Counted from the stretch's first letter, positions 20,733 to 31,478 are shown. The stretch: 64,000 bases of DNA from Cyanophyceae cyanobacterium (GCA_038321985.1 JBBQFN010000020.1:1-64000), one strand, 5' to 3'. Notes: generated by a model from the sequence alone, not told the origin. Program-made: numbers and translations.

Positions 20733-21844
20733 TGCTTTTTTACTCCGTGCCGCTCTATCTATGAGCCGTTTCTCTGCGTATAATAGAACCTGCTTAAGCC
20801 TCTATTTTGCCTAAGCGATTTTTTCCCTAACCCTGAAAGGGATAAGCACTGTTGCTGTTTTTTTACTTTACCCCTTGATAGGAGCCATTTTTATCGGCTT
20901 AAAACCGAACCAATTTCGGCTATCTGTCCCAGGGAAGCACTCAGCGGTTCCAGACCTTTCCCGATCGCGGAAATTCCCGGTTTACTCCCCGAAATTGGGA
21001 TTTTTCAGAAGCAAAATCGCTTTGATGGGGGTGAGGCTTTCTTGTGGAGTAAGGCGTTTCGACCTAATCCCCGGATTTGATCAGGTCGGTGAAGTTTCCC
21101 CTCCTTCTTTGGGTCTCCCCTTGATTTCTCTGCCCTCTTTACCTGTTATATTTTATCCAAATTTTATCCGATTTAAGGAGTCAGGTCTAGTAATTTTTAT
21201 AAAGTTTTAACGAAGTTTGGGGGATTAAAAAGAAAAAAATTCAATTTTTTCTTTTTTCGGGATCTGGCTATCTTCTCGTTTGCCTTCCGTGTCTTCTTTT
21301 TTAGGAAAAAACCGTTCGTGTTGAGCTTTTTATTATCTTTAAGATTTTCCCGTTCAGTTTAAGGATAATTTCCAAAGGGTGATTTAAACCTTGAAACAGT
21401 CCGGAATAGTCGCTCATTTATGGCAGCCAACCGTCCGCATTAAAGGGGGTTCAGCAAACCGATAAACTTTACCCCGTCCGGAGGCGGCCACTTCTGGAGG
21501 AAATCTAGGCGCACCGACTCTATGTACGGGGCTAAAAAGAAAAATTCGGTAGTGGGCAATCTGATAGCGATCGCCCACTCTGAACCGATGTTTTGTGCTT
21601 TGGGATTCGAGTTGAGAGATTCGAGAATTTTCTCTATTCAACAGCTCGATTTTGAAGTTTCATAACCCGAGCGTAACAAATTTTCAGTCGTTTTTTGACA
21701 ACTGATGCTCAAATTAGATTCCCCTTTACTCTCCCCAATCCCTCAAAAATACCTGACTCAAACCCCCTTCATTCTCTGGATTAGCCCCAATTCATTGACG
21801 GCTAAATGCCTCAGTGACCGATGGCTAAATTCGCGAGAATTCCG

Positions 21845-22015
21845 TTAGTTGTCTTCATTATTTTCGGAGTTTTCGCTATTTTCGTCACGGTTGCCACTCA
21901 TACCCGAGTTACGGTTCTTGAAAAAGCGACCGGAATTAGTCGGTTTGCGGAATTGCCGAGCATAAGCTTTGTTCCGTTGTGCTTTTTCTTTTTTAGGATT
22001 GCGACGTTTTGCCAT
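21845..22015 (-). CDS. Small basic cyanobacterial protein (56 aa)
   Basis: MAKRRNPKKEKAQRNKAYARQFRK...DENSENSENNEDN. A GAGG RBS-like sequence lies just upstream of the ATG at 22015. Confidence 0.75.
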   Translation of the reverse strand: MAKRRNPKKEKAQRNKAYARQFRKPTNSGRFFKNRNSGMSGNRDENSENSENNEDN

Positions 22016-22867
22016 TATTATGGACCTCATGGATAAACAACAAAAATGAGTCTTAGCTCTAGGGTGCGATCGCCTTTACTCCCGGACTGACCCGGACGGC
22101 GACTGCTCCACTGATTGTACAGGTGTCAATTACACAATCAAGATATAGAACAAACAGGGAAAGGGGACTGAATTCCTGAACAGGGGCGATGGTTCTACAT
22201 TCCCACCCGTCCTCCGCGCCCTTGAGGATGAATCTAGTTCACCCGGCGCGGAGAGGGCCTCTCTCAATTCCACCCATTCGGGTTGAGATGAGAACCTTGC
22301 TCCCGAAATAAAGCAAGCGATCGCCCCTCATCGCGGAGTTTATTTGGGGTGGGGCAGTTTACGCCCGCTACTCCGGATGAATCCGATTAACTATTTTATG
22401 CCAGGGAACGCACGATTTCTCGAATTGGTCTCGGCAAAGACTGCGGCTGAGTTCTATGGAATCTCAACAACACACAATGACCGAACTTGCATAGGGTTCA
22501 ATCCATGATAACAGTAAATAGCTATCCCTTTCTCAAGTAGCTCTGTAGGGTCACAGCAGGACAGTTAGGTTTTTACAACGCGTCGGATTTAAGCCGGTAG
22601 AAGCCACTTCTAGTCCCCTATGCTGGGTCAAGGGCGATCGCCACTCTTAAAGGAAAAAACTATTTTATACCCACAGATGCCCAATTCCCCTATCCCCAAA
22701 AATTGCCCTCTAGCATCGGTTTCCCTTGGGATGGCTGGCCGCCCCAGATGCTAAAGTATCAATAACTGAGGATAGCGAGGGAGTAACATCAAGGGTGAAC
22801 AAAGAAGCGATCGGGGTAGAAAGATTGAATTGGGGGGGTGGTCTTTGAATCCAGGATGGTTTTATTT

Positions 22868-23323
22868 ATGAAACGCTTATGGCATTTCGCTCAAGCCGTA
22901 CTCGGGATTATCTTTCGACATCCCGTCCTCGGAATTAGCATTATCCCCCTGTTGCCGGACGGTCAAATCGTGTTGGTACGCCGTCGCGATAATGGCAAAT
23001 GGGGGCTACCCGGAGGCATGGTGGACTGGGGTCAGGATATCCCGAATACTTTAAAGCGGGAACTTAGCGAAGAAACTGGCCTAGAGGCGATCGAGATAGG
23101 TCGCTTAGTGGGAATTTATTCCGCCCCCGATCGCGATCCCCGCATTCACTCTATCTGTGTGGTCGTCGTGGCAACCGTCCAGGGAGAAATGAAAATCTAC
23201 GATACCTCAGAGATTCTGGAAGTCAAAGCATTTGACCGAGATTCTCTACCTCTGGGTCAACTGTCCCACGACCACGATCGCCAATTACAAGACTTTCTGA
23301 ATGGGGTGACAACGGTCGCTTAA
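22868..23323 (+). CDS. NUDIX hydrolase
   Basis: Nudix box WGLPGGMVDWGQDIPNTLKRELSEETGL and RDPR motif. The ATG is at 22868. Confidence 0.92.
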   Translation: MKRLWHFAQAVLGIIFRHPVLGISIIPLLPDGQIVLVRRRDNGKWGLPGGMVDWGQDIPNTLKRELSEETGLEAIEIGRLVGIYSAPDRDPRIHSICVVVVATVQGEMKIYDTSEILEVKAFDRDSLPLGQLSHDHDRQLQDFLNGVTTVA

Positions 23324-23455
23324 TTTGGTCTGGGGGCGTGGTAGCCTGATTTGGGCAGGAATGAGTTGCGTGAGGTTTCTGGGTTAAACTCAGACCCTCA
23401 ACTCCTCCAGCCTCTACACCCCTAACTCGATACGGATGCGTTTTAAGGACTCAGG

Positions 23456-24283
23456 ATGACTCTACCGCTCCGCAATTCCCGAATCAAACTGTCCCAAGGG
23501 CAACTGTTCTGGCGTGAAGTCGGCCAGGAGGGACTCACGTTGATATTTTTACATGGTTCGTGGAGTGATAGCGCCCAATGGGTGCCGGTGATTGAGCGCC
23601 TCCGGGCCAATTATCATTGTTTTGCCTTAGATTTACTGGGGTTCGGCGATTCGGAACAGCCGGATGTTCACTATTCGATTTCCCTAGAGGTGGAGTGCTT
23701 ACATGAATTTCTGGAAACCTTACACCCGGGTCCAGTTTATGTGGTGGGCCACTCTCTAGGGGCTTGGGTGGCGGCAAGCTACGCCCTCAAGTATCCGGAG
23801 GTGGTTTCCGGTTTGGTGTTGGTGGCCCCCGAAGGGGTCCATGTGGAAGGTTTGAAAAAGCGCTGGTTCCGGACTCGGCTGTGGATTCAGGCGTTGCCGT
23901 TGATTCGACGGCTGCAATCGGTCCTTTTTCCCCTCGCCCGAGTGCTGCACTTGCACCAGATTATGCATCAAGCCTTGTTAAACTCGGACCGATTGCAAAA
24001 ATTTGGGGTAGCTTGTCAAATTTTCTTCCAACGTCGCGCGAGTGAAATTGAAGGGGAGTTGTTGCAGGACCGCTTGAGTTGGCTCAAAATTCCGGTTTTA
24101 ATTTTAATCGGCGATCGCGATACGCCGACAGCAGTCGCTTTAGCGGAAACCTACCATCGGGCGATCGCCGATGCGGATTTACGCCGCATTCCAGAAGCCA
24201 ATTCTCATTTACCGGAGGAATTCCCGGATCTCGTCGCCCAACAGATTCAAAATTTTGTTTCTGCTGCTGCTGTGCAGGATTAA
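23456..24283 (+). CDS. Alpha/beta-fold hydrolase
   Basis: FLHG, DLLGFGDS and GHSLG nucleophile elbow, with a C-terminal His (SHLP). Confidence 0.9.
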   Translation: MTLPLRNSRIKLSQGQLFWREVGQEGLTLIFLHGSWSDSAQWVPVIERLRANYHCFALDLLGFGDSEQPDVHYSISLEVECLHEFLETLHPGPVYVVGHSLGAWVAASYALKYPEVVSGLVLVAPEGVHVEGLKKRWFRTRLWIQALPLIRRLQSVLFPLARVLHLHQIMHQALLNSDRLQKFGVACQIFFQRRASEIEGELLQDRLSWLKIPVLILIGDRDTPTAVALAETYHRAIADADLRRIPEANSHLPEEFPDLVAQQIQNFVSAAAVQD

Positions 24284-24302
24284 TCGTGGGCAAGGGTAAA
24301 AT

Positions 24303-25148
24303 TTACCCCGATTGCCCCTGTTTGATCCAACGAATGCCCGAAAAAACCAGATCCGGCATGGCGACTGCTCGTTTTGCGATCTCCGGTGCATTCTCCTGGA
24401 GATATCTCAGCAGCATTTCCCCCCCGCCTCCGGTGATCACCACAGAAGCAGTGGGAAAGCGCTGCCACCAGTCGCCAATAAAGTCGCGAACCCCGGACCC
24501 AATCCCATAAATGACCCCAGAGGCGATCGCCTCGGCTGTTGTTAACGCCCAGCGTGGGGGTAAGGTTGTCGGGAATTCCACGGGGGGTAACCCTGCGGTT
24601 TTTTCGGATAAAGATTGAAGTTGTAACCCAAAACCCGGGATAATTGCTCCCCCGACTAATCTGCCTTGAGTATCTGCACCCGTCAAGGTGAGGGCGGTTC
24701 CAGCATCAATTGTTAAAACCGGCCAGCCGCACTGGCTTCCTGCCCCAACTAAGGCTAAAGCGCGATCGATTCCCAAGGTAGGATACATTCCCAACAGGGG
24801 CAAATCCTCTAGCCGTATGATGTTTAATCTTAAGTACGGCTGCCAAATTTCTAACTGTTGGGGAACCACCGACCCTATCCAGAGGGGCGGATTTGAAGCG
24901 ATTTCTTCCCCCCGAGGTGCACCTTGGGACTCGATGCCCTCCCACCACAACTCACCCCGGTTCCAAGCCTCAATAAGTTGACTCCCGGCGGATGGGTCTA
25001 AATGAGGAGTGTTCCAGACGCTTTTGCAGATTTCCCCCTCAAACCAAGCCCAGTGTAGTCGGGAATTGCCAATACTTAAAGCCAGCCAGTGGCGCTGATC
25101 CGTAACCAATGCAGGTGCAGTTTTCTTCATTTTATGGTTAAGCTGCAT
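24303..25148 (-). CDS. coaX: Type III pantothenate kinase
   Basis: IGNSRLHW, TLGIDRAL, IDAGTALT, GGAIIPG and ITGGGG motifs. Confidence 0.9.
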   Translation of the reverse strand: MQLNHKMKKTAPALVTDQRHWLALSIGNSRLHWAWFEGEICKSVWNTPHLDPSAGSQLIEAWNRGELWWEGIESQGAPRGEEIASNPPLWIGSVVPQQLEIWQPYLRLNIIRLEDLPLLGMYPTLGIDRALALVGAGSQCGWPVLTIDAGTALTLTGADTQGRLVGGAIIPGFGLQLQSLSEKTAGLPPVEFPTTLPPRWALTTAEAIASGVIYGIGSGVRDFIGDWWQRFPTASVVITGGGGEMLLRYLQENAPEIAKRAVAMPDLVFSGIRWIKQGQSG

Positions 25149-25369
25149 CCCTGGATTTTCTGGTCCGCTTAAAGTGCCGTATAATTAAATAAGGATAGAC
25201 CGATTGAACTCTGTAAAATTGCCTGTAATAGTATAGCAATTTTTGGGGATTTTCCTCAAAAAAATTATAAAATTAATCTAAAAATTTATAAAAATTTGTT
25301 AAGATAGCGGAAAAGAAACTTTTGCATCTGCTGCCTCGCTCTTACATTGACCCTCTGCGATAAAAATTT

Positions 25370-27421
25370 ATGTATATAAAAGAACAGGCCCCCTCCTGCA
25401 AGTGGCCGAAGCCTGACTTATCAATTTCGCCCGTACACTCGCCAAGTCACGAGGCTGCACAGACCTACAAAGAAAGCATGGAGATCCAAAATTTGCATCC
25501 TCGGGAACTTCAGAGGGAAGTTCAGCGATCGCGGTTACTCAATCAGATTAATGAGAAAGTTCGCAGTACCTTGGATTTAGATGAAGTGCTTGAAGCTGCC
25601 TGTACTTTGTTAGGGGAAATATTCAACTGTAGTCGAGTTAGTATTTTAGTCAACGAATCGGAAGAGGGGGAGTGGTTAATCACCCGAGGAGAGTATAAAA
25701 GCGATGATTACCCCCCCCAACTCGGCACAAGAGTATCGTTGGCTGATAATTCTCACTTGAATCAGTTGATCTCGCAGCCTGAACCCATAGCGGTAACGCG
25801 GTTTCTAGAGTTTCCCGGTTTGGGGGAGAACACCTTGCAACTGGTGCAGAACCTGGGTATTAAATCAATGCTGGCGATCGCCACCTGCTACCAAGGAAAA
25901 GTCAATGGGATCATCGGACTGCATCAGTGCGATCACGAACGAGAGTGGTCTGCATGGGAACAAGACCTTTTAGAAGGAGTGGCATCTCCCCTGGCGATCG
26001 CCATTAACCAAGCCCAATTGTACAGTGCCACCCGCGCTGCCGCCCAACGGGAATCCTTATTGCGCCTGATTACCAACCAAATTCGCAGTACCCTGGATCT
26101 CAAAACCGTTCTGAAAACCGCAGTCCGGGGAGTCCGTGAACTTTTGAATACGGACCGGGTGATGATTTACCGCTTTTTGGAAAATTGGACCGGGGAAATC
26201 GTCGTAGAAGACCTGCTTGTGCCTTGGCCGCCTATTTTGGGGGGGATTGTAGCGGATAATTGTTTCAAAACCGATCATGCCGAACTTTATAAAAAAGGGA
26301 GGGTTCGGGCGATCGATGACATTCATAATTCGGGATTAAATCTTTGTCATGCAGACTTTTTGGACCGATTGCAAGTTAAAGCAAATTTAATCGTTCCGAT
26401 TGCCATGCCTGATCATCTTTGGGGATTACTAATTGCCCATGAATGTCATGCGACCCGACATTGGAATCAAGGAGAAATTCAACTTTTAGAACAGTTAGGT
26501 CATCAAATGGCGATCGCCATCTCACAAGCTGAACTTTATCAGAAAGTTCAGGACTCGGCCAGCCAATATCAAGCCCAAGCCGAACAATTACAAATCACTT
26601 TAGAAGAACTCCAAGCCACCCAACAACAACTCATCCAAAGTGAAAAACTTTCTAGCTTAGGGCAGCTAGTGGCTGGAGTAGCCCATGAAATTAATAATGC
26701 GAATAATTTTGTTCATGCTAATTTATTCTACATCCAGGAATATGTCGAAGCCTTGAAAAAAGCCATCGATATTTACGAAAATTCAGCCTCTGAAATGCCT
26801 GAAGAAATCGTAGAACTTAACGAAGAAGTGGATCTAGATTATATCCGGTCTGATTCCCCCAACCTAATTGCTTCCATGCAGCAAGGAAGTGAGCGCATTC
26901 ACAAAATTGTGCAGAACTTGCGGAACTTTTCACGCCTGGACGAAGCAGGGGCTAAACCTGTTAATCTCAGTGAAGGTCTGGATAGCAGTTTATCGATGTT
27001 ACAACATCGACTCTCCCCAGACTTGAAAATCCACAAAGATTATCAAACAAAAGGGCGAGTTGAATGTCATCCGGCGCAAATTAATCAAGTATTTTTTAAT
27101 TTAATTGACAATGCGTTAGATGCGATCGCCTCCACCCCAGGCCAGGGAGGGGAGTTAACCCTCTCTATTTCCGAACCTGCTCTTAATTGGGTGAGAATTT
27201 CCATCAAAGATAATGGTCCGGGTATTTCTCCAGAAATTCAAGACCAAATTTTTAATCCCTTTTTCACAACCAAGCCGGTCGGAAAAGGTACAGGTTTAGG
27301 GCTATCTTTGTGTTATCAAATTATTGTCAAAGGTCATAACGGACGGATTCGCTGCCTAAGTCCGGGAGAAGGCAGTGAGTTTATTGTGGAATTGCCCATC
27401 AAAGCCGTTGTAGGGAAATAA
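25370..27421 (+). CDS. Sensor histidine kinase with a GAF and a DXCF cyanobacteriochrome GAF
   Basis: The second GAF has the DNCF and LCH motifs. H-box AGVAHEINN and N/G1/F/G2 boxes (NLIDNA, DNGPG, FNPFFTTK, GTGLGL) are present. Confidence 0.92.
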   Translation: MYIKEQAPSCKWPKPDLSISPVHSPSHEAAQTYKESMEIQNLHPRELQREVQRSRLLNQINEKVRSTLDLDEVLEAACTLLGEIFNCSRVSILVNESEEGEWLITRGEYKSDDYPPQLGTRVSLADNSHLNQLISQPEPIAVTRFLEFPGLGENTLQLVQNLGIKSMLAIATCYQGKVNGIIGLHQCDHEREWSAWEQDLLEGVASPLAIAINQAQLYSATRAAAQRESLLRLITNQIRSTLDLKTVLKTAVRGVRELLNTDRVMIYRFLENWTGEIVVEDLLVPWPPILGGIVADNCFKTDHAELYKKGRVRAIDDIHNSGLNLCHADFLDRLQVKANLIVPIAMPDHLWGLLIAHECHATRHWNQGEIQLLEQLGHQMAIAISQAELYQKVQDSASQYQAQAEQLQITLEELQATQQQLIQSEKLSSLGQLVAGVAHEINNANNFVHANLFYIQEYVEALKKAIDIYENSASEMPEEIVELNEEVDLDYIRSDSPNLIASMQQGSERIHKIVQNLRNFSRLDEAGAKPVNLSEGLDSSLSMLQHRLSPDLKIHKDYQTKGRVECHPAQINQVFFNLIDNALDAIASTPGQGGELTLSISEPALNWVRISIKDNGPGISPEIQDQIFNPFFTTKPVGKGTGLGLSLCYQIIVKGHNGRIRCLSPGEGSEFIVELPIKAVVGK

Positions 27422-27653
27422 GACAATTTCCTATCTGCATCGTCTAAGCAGTTGCCATTCCTGGGGCAAGCATTCCCTTGCCATTGCTCCCGAAAATTAA
27501 TCTTTAATTATAACACAGGTTTTCCAGGGGGTGGAATCCGGGATTGGTAAGGCTTATGATTACCATATATTTTTTGATAAAACTAATGGTTAAAATATGT
27601 AACAATAACTGAGAAAGCAAACTCTAACATCGACACGAAAAGGAGGCCACTCA

Positions 27654-29381
27654 ATGGTAGCCGTCACCGACAGAGTACAACCGAGACTGACGATCGCCAC
27701 GGGGGAAATTGCCATCGAAACGACGGCAATTCGCTGTTTGGATTGGGACCGCGATCGCTTCGATATCGAATTTGGCCTGCAAAACGGGACCACCTACAAT
27801 TCCTTTCTGATTCGGGGGAGTCAGACTGCCTTGGTGGATACCTCCCATGCCAAATTCCGCGAGTCTTATCTGGAGACCCTTCTCGGCGAGATTGACCCCA
27901 CCCAAATTGATTACCTGATCATTAGTCACACCGAACCGGATCATAGCGGATTAGTTAAAGATGTCTTAGCCCTCGCCCCAGATATCACCATTGTTGGGGC
28001 TAAAGTTGCCATTCAGTTTTTAGAAAATTTGGTCCATCACCCCTTTAAACGTCTAGTCGTTAAAAATGGGGATACCCTAGATTTGGGTAACGGTCACGTC
28101 CTAGAATTTGTGAATGCTCCGAATTTGCATTGGCCGGATACAATCTTTAGCTATGACGTAAAAACGCAGATTCTCTTTACCTGCGATGCCTTTGGAATGC
28201 ACTATTGTTCCGATAAAACCTTCGATGAAAATTTAAGTGAAATTGAAGCCGATTATCACTTTTATTACGAATGTTTGATGGCACCGAATGCGCGATCGGT
28301 CCTGAGTGCCATGAAGCGGATGCCGGAAGTCGAAAAAATCGGCACGATCGCCACAGGTCACGGACCTTTGTTGCGGTATAATATCGGCGAACTCACTAGA
28401 CGATACCAACAGTGGAGTCAAGAACAGGCGAAAGCAGAAACTACAGTCGCCGTCTTTTATTTTTCGGATTACGGATATAGCGATCGCCTCTCCCAAGCCG
28501 TAGCCCACGGAATTACTAAAACTGGCGTCAACGTCGAAATGATGGATTTGCGATCGGCAGAACCCCAGGAAGTGCGGGAACTGGTCAGTACCGCATCCGG
28601 TATCGCCTTGGGAGCACCCCCATTAACGGGACCTGGTGCAGAGAATGCAGAAGCGGCACTCGGGACCATTTTAGTCGCTGCCAATAACAAGCAGACCATC
28701 GGACTCTTTGAATCCGGTGGGGGTAACGATCAATCCATCTATCCCCTCGCCGTTAAATTCAAAGAACTCGGTCTCAAACAGGCATTTCCCAATATTATCG
28801 TCAAGGAAAATCCCACCAAAGCTACCTATCAACTGTGTGATGAAGCGGGAACCGACATGGGGCAGTTGTTGACCCTGAAAAAAGCCATCAAACAGATGAA
28901 ATCCCTGGATAGCGACCTGGATAAAGCCTTGGGTCGGATTAGCGGTGGATTGTATATTATCACCGCCCAGAAAGGCGATGTGAGTAGTGCGATGTTGGCC
29001 TCCTGGGTGACACAGGCGAGTTTTGAACCCCTCGGCATCACGATCGCCGTTGCCAAAGACCGGGCGATCGAAACCTTAATGCACGTCGGCGATACCTTCG
29101 TGCTCAACGTCCTGGATGAAGATAATTACCAAGGACTGATGAGACACTTCCTGAAACGCTTCCCCCCAGGTGCCGATCGCTTTGCCGGAATCAAAACCCA
29201 AAGTGCGAACAACGGCAGTCCGATTCTGAGTGAAGCCCTCGCCTATCTGGAATGCCAAGTCATCAGTCGCATGGAATGTGCCGATCACTGGATCGTGTAT
29301 AGCCAAGTGGATAATGGTCGAGTTTCCAATCCTGATGGATTGCCGGCGATCCACCATCGCAAAGTCGGCAATCATTATTAA
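27654..29381 (+). CDS. flv3: Flavodiiron protein Flv3 (class C FDP)
   Basis: DWDRDRFDIEFGLQNGTTYNS, canonical HTEPDH di-iron motif, LHWPD, flavodoxin domain and C-terminal flavin reductase domain. Confidence 0.88.
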   Translation: MVAVTDRVQPRLTIATGEIAIETTAIRCLDWDRDRFDIEFGLQNGTTYNSFLIRGSQTALVDTSHAKFRESYLETLLGEIDPTQIDYLIISHTEPDHSGLVKDVLALAPDITIVGAKVAIQFLENLVHHPFKRLVVKNGDTLDLGNGHVLEFVNAPNLHWPDTIFSYDVKTQILFTCDAFGMHYCSDKTFDENLSEIEADYHFYYECLMAPNARSVLSAMKRMPEVEKIGTIATGHGPLLRYNIGELTRRYQQWSQEQAKAETTVAVFYFSDYGYSDRLSQAVAHGITKTGVNVEMMDLRSAEPQEVRELVSTASGIALGAPPLTGPGAENAEAALGTILVAANNKQTIGLFESGGGNDQSIYPLAVKFKELGLKQAFPNIIVKENPTKATYQLCDEAGTDMGQLLTLKKAIKQMKSLDSDLDKALGRISGGLYIITAQKGDVSSAMLASWVTQASFEPLGITIAVAKDRAIETLMHVGDTFVLNVLDEDNYQGLMRHFLKRFPPGADRFAGIKTQSANNGSPILSEALAYLECQVISRMECADHWIVYSQVDNGRVSNPDGLPAIHHRKVGNHY

Positions 29382-29440
29382 ACAGATGAAATTGCTCAGC
29401 TTTTCCCAGGGAATGACCCGATTAGTAGATTAAGGGGACC

Positions 29441-29507
29441 AGAAACTGGGTTTCTATCAAGCATTCACGGTTCAGTTATACCGATGAATTGAAGAAACCC
29501 TGTTTCT
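29441..29507. repeat. Pair of AGAAACC(N)GTTTCT-type palindromic REP-like elements
   Basis: AGAAACTGGGTTTCT (29441-29455) and AGAAACCCTGTTTCT (29493-29507), between flv3 and flv1. Confidence 0.6.
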
Positions 29508-29643
29508 AAGCACTCCTGTGGCAACGCTTTCTCCTCGGAAATGAGCAAGTGGGCGCATTGATTCCTCATATCTGAACCAGGTTTAGATCATGAGGAATCC
29601 CTCTGATTTTTACACACCAACGACCTTAGCGCATTCCTCACTC

Positions 29644-31377
29644 ATGATAGAAACAACAACTAAACAACGTGACGTTCAGGTTGTCCTGATTGCAGAAGAA
29701 ACCCGAGTTTTGCGATCGCGCACTTGGGACCGCCTCAAATTTGAAGTGGAATATTCCCTAGCAAAAGGAACCACCGCTAACTCTTTTTTAATTCAAGGAG
29801 ATAAAATCGCCCTAATTGACCCGCCCGGGGAATCATTTACCAAAAATTATTTAGACTCCTTACAGGCAAGAATTGACCTAGACACGATTGATTATGTTAT
29901 TCTGGGCCATTTTAATGCGAATCGCGGGGAAACCATTAAAGCCCTATTGAGTCTTGCGCCCCAACTACAATTTGTTTGTACCAATCCAGCAGCGATCGCC
30001 CTGCGTCAATTCTTTGAAACCCAAGACTTAAATATCTTTGTAGTGCGCGGGGAAGACCGCTTAGATTTGGGCCAGGGACATCAATTACAACTTATTGCCA
30101 CTCCCACTCCCAAATGGCCCGATGAACTATTAACTTACGACCCCAAAACAAAAATCTTATTTACGGATAAATTTTTTGGTGCTCACGTTTGCGGAGACCA
30201 AATTTTTGATGAAGGGTGGGCCATTTATAGTGAAGACCGACGTTTTTATTATGATTGTTTACACGCCCCCCAATCCAAACAAGTGCTTTCCGCCTTGGAT
30301 AAAATTGCGGAATTACCCGAAGTTAAATTGTATGCACCGGGTCACGGACCGTTAGTGTTGTATGGGAAGACCGAACTCACGGGATTGTATCGGTCCTGGA
30401 GTAATTTACAAAAGTCCCAAGATTTGACCGTGGCCTTGGTTTATGCTTCCGCTTATGGTAATACAGCCACCGTGGGACAGGCGATCGCCAAAGGGTTGAG
30501 TAAAGCCGGGTTGGGGGTGGAAATCATTAATTGTGAACAAGCCGAACCCTCGGAAATTCAAGCGGCTGTTGAAAAATGTGATGGATTTATTGTGGGCTCT
30601 CCCACCCTTGGCGGTCATGCCCCAACCCAAATTCAAACCGCTTTAGGGATTATTTTAAAAACCGCCTCTACCAGTAAATTGGCGGGAGTTTTTGGATCAT
30701 TTGGGTGGAGTGGAGAAGCGATCGACCTGTTAGAAAGTAAGTTAACCGATGCCGGTTATAAGTTTGGGTTTGACCCAATTCGGGTAAAGTTTAAACCCAC
30801 CGATGTGACCTTACAAGCCTGTGAAGAAGCGGCGATCGATTTCGCTCAAAATTTGAAGCGATCGCAGAAACGACGGACCGCCAAATCTTCCCTAACCACA
30901 GGTGCAGCCAGCGATCGTACTGCCCAAGCCGTGGGTCGAATTGTCGGGTCTTTGTGTGTCGTTTCCGCTAAACGGGGGGATGTGATCAGTGGAATGTTAG
31001 CATCCTGGGTTTCCCAAGGGTCATTTAATCCTCCGGGTCTCACCGTTGCCGTTGCCAGAGACCGCGCCTTAGAATCTCTGACCCATACTGGAGATAAATT
31101 TGTACTAAATATCTTAGCCGAAGGGAAACAATTACGCAAGCATTTTATGAAGCGATTTGCTCCTGGAGAAGACCGATTTGCCGGGTTGGAAACAGAAGAA
31201 GCAGCAAACGGTTGTCCAATTTTGAAAGAATCCTTGGCTTATTTGGAATGTGTGGTTCAGAACCGCATGGAATGTGGCGATCATTGGGTGGTTTACGCCA
31301 CGGTTGAAAATGGCAAAGTGATAGATACCGAAGGGGTAACGGCGGTTCACTATCGCAAAACCGGGAGTCATTATTAA
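29644..31377 (+). CDS. flv1: Flavodiiron protein Flv1
   Basis: RSRTWDRLKFEVEY...GTTANS and the non-canonical HFNANR site typical of Flv1. An alternative in-frame ATG lies at 29590. Confidence 0.88.
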   Translation: MIETTTKQRDVQVVLIAEETRVLRSRTWDRLKFEVEYSLAKGTTANSFLIQGDKIALIDPPGESFTKNYLDSLQARIDLDTIDYVILGHFNANRGETIKALLSLAPQLQFVCTNPAAIALRQFFETQDLNIFVVRGEDRLDLGQGHQLQLIATPTPKWPDELLTYDPKTKILFTDKFFGAHVCGDQIFDEGWAIYSEDRRFYYDCLHAPQSKQVLSALDKIAELPEVKLYAPGHGPLVLYGKTELTGLYRSWSNLQKSQDLTVALVYASAYGNTATVGQAIAKGLSKAGLGVEIINCEQAEPSEIQAAVEKCDGFIVGSPTLGGHAPTQIQTALGIILKTASTSKLAGVFGSFGWSGEAIDLLESKLTDAGYKFGFDPIRVKFKPTDVTLQACEEAAIDFAQNLKRSQKRRTAKSSLTTGAASDRTAQAVGRIVGSLCVVSAKRGDVISGMLASWVSQGSFNPPGLTVAVARDRALESLTHTGDKFVLNILAEGKQLRKHFMKRFAPGEDRFAGLETEEAANGCPILKESLAYLECVVQNRMECGDHWVVYATVENGKVIDTEGVTAVHYRKTGSHY

Positions 31378-31436
31378 ACCTGATTCCCCTTGAATACCAG
31401 CATTTCCTCACCCTCACAAATCGAAGATTATTTCTA

Positions 31437-31478
31437 AATCTAGTCCCCTCCCCCAGACATAGGGGAAGGGACTAGATT
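31437..31478 (+). terminator. Hairpin after flv1
   Basis: AATCTAGTCCC...GGGACTAGATT arms with an inner CCCC/GGGG pairing. Confidence 0.55.

Noticed and set aside
20875..21641. ORFs 20875-21210 (+) and 21414-21641 (-)
   Set aside because: Both have non-ATG starts, no recognisable motifs and atypical composition.
22075..22105. Resemblance to the SRP RNA core (GGGTCAG..CCGG)
   Set aside because: It lacks the GGAA/GAAA tetraloop and the AGCAG motif of SRP helix 8. I kept it only as an unknown leader.
27595..27615. TGTAACAATAACTGA upstream of flv3 as an NtcA box
   Set aside because: The second half-site is not TAC (consensus GTA-N8-TAC).
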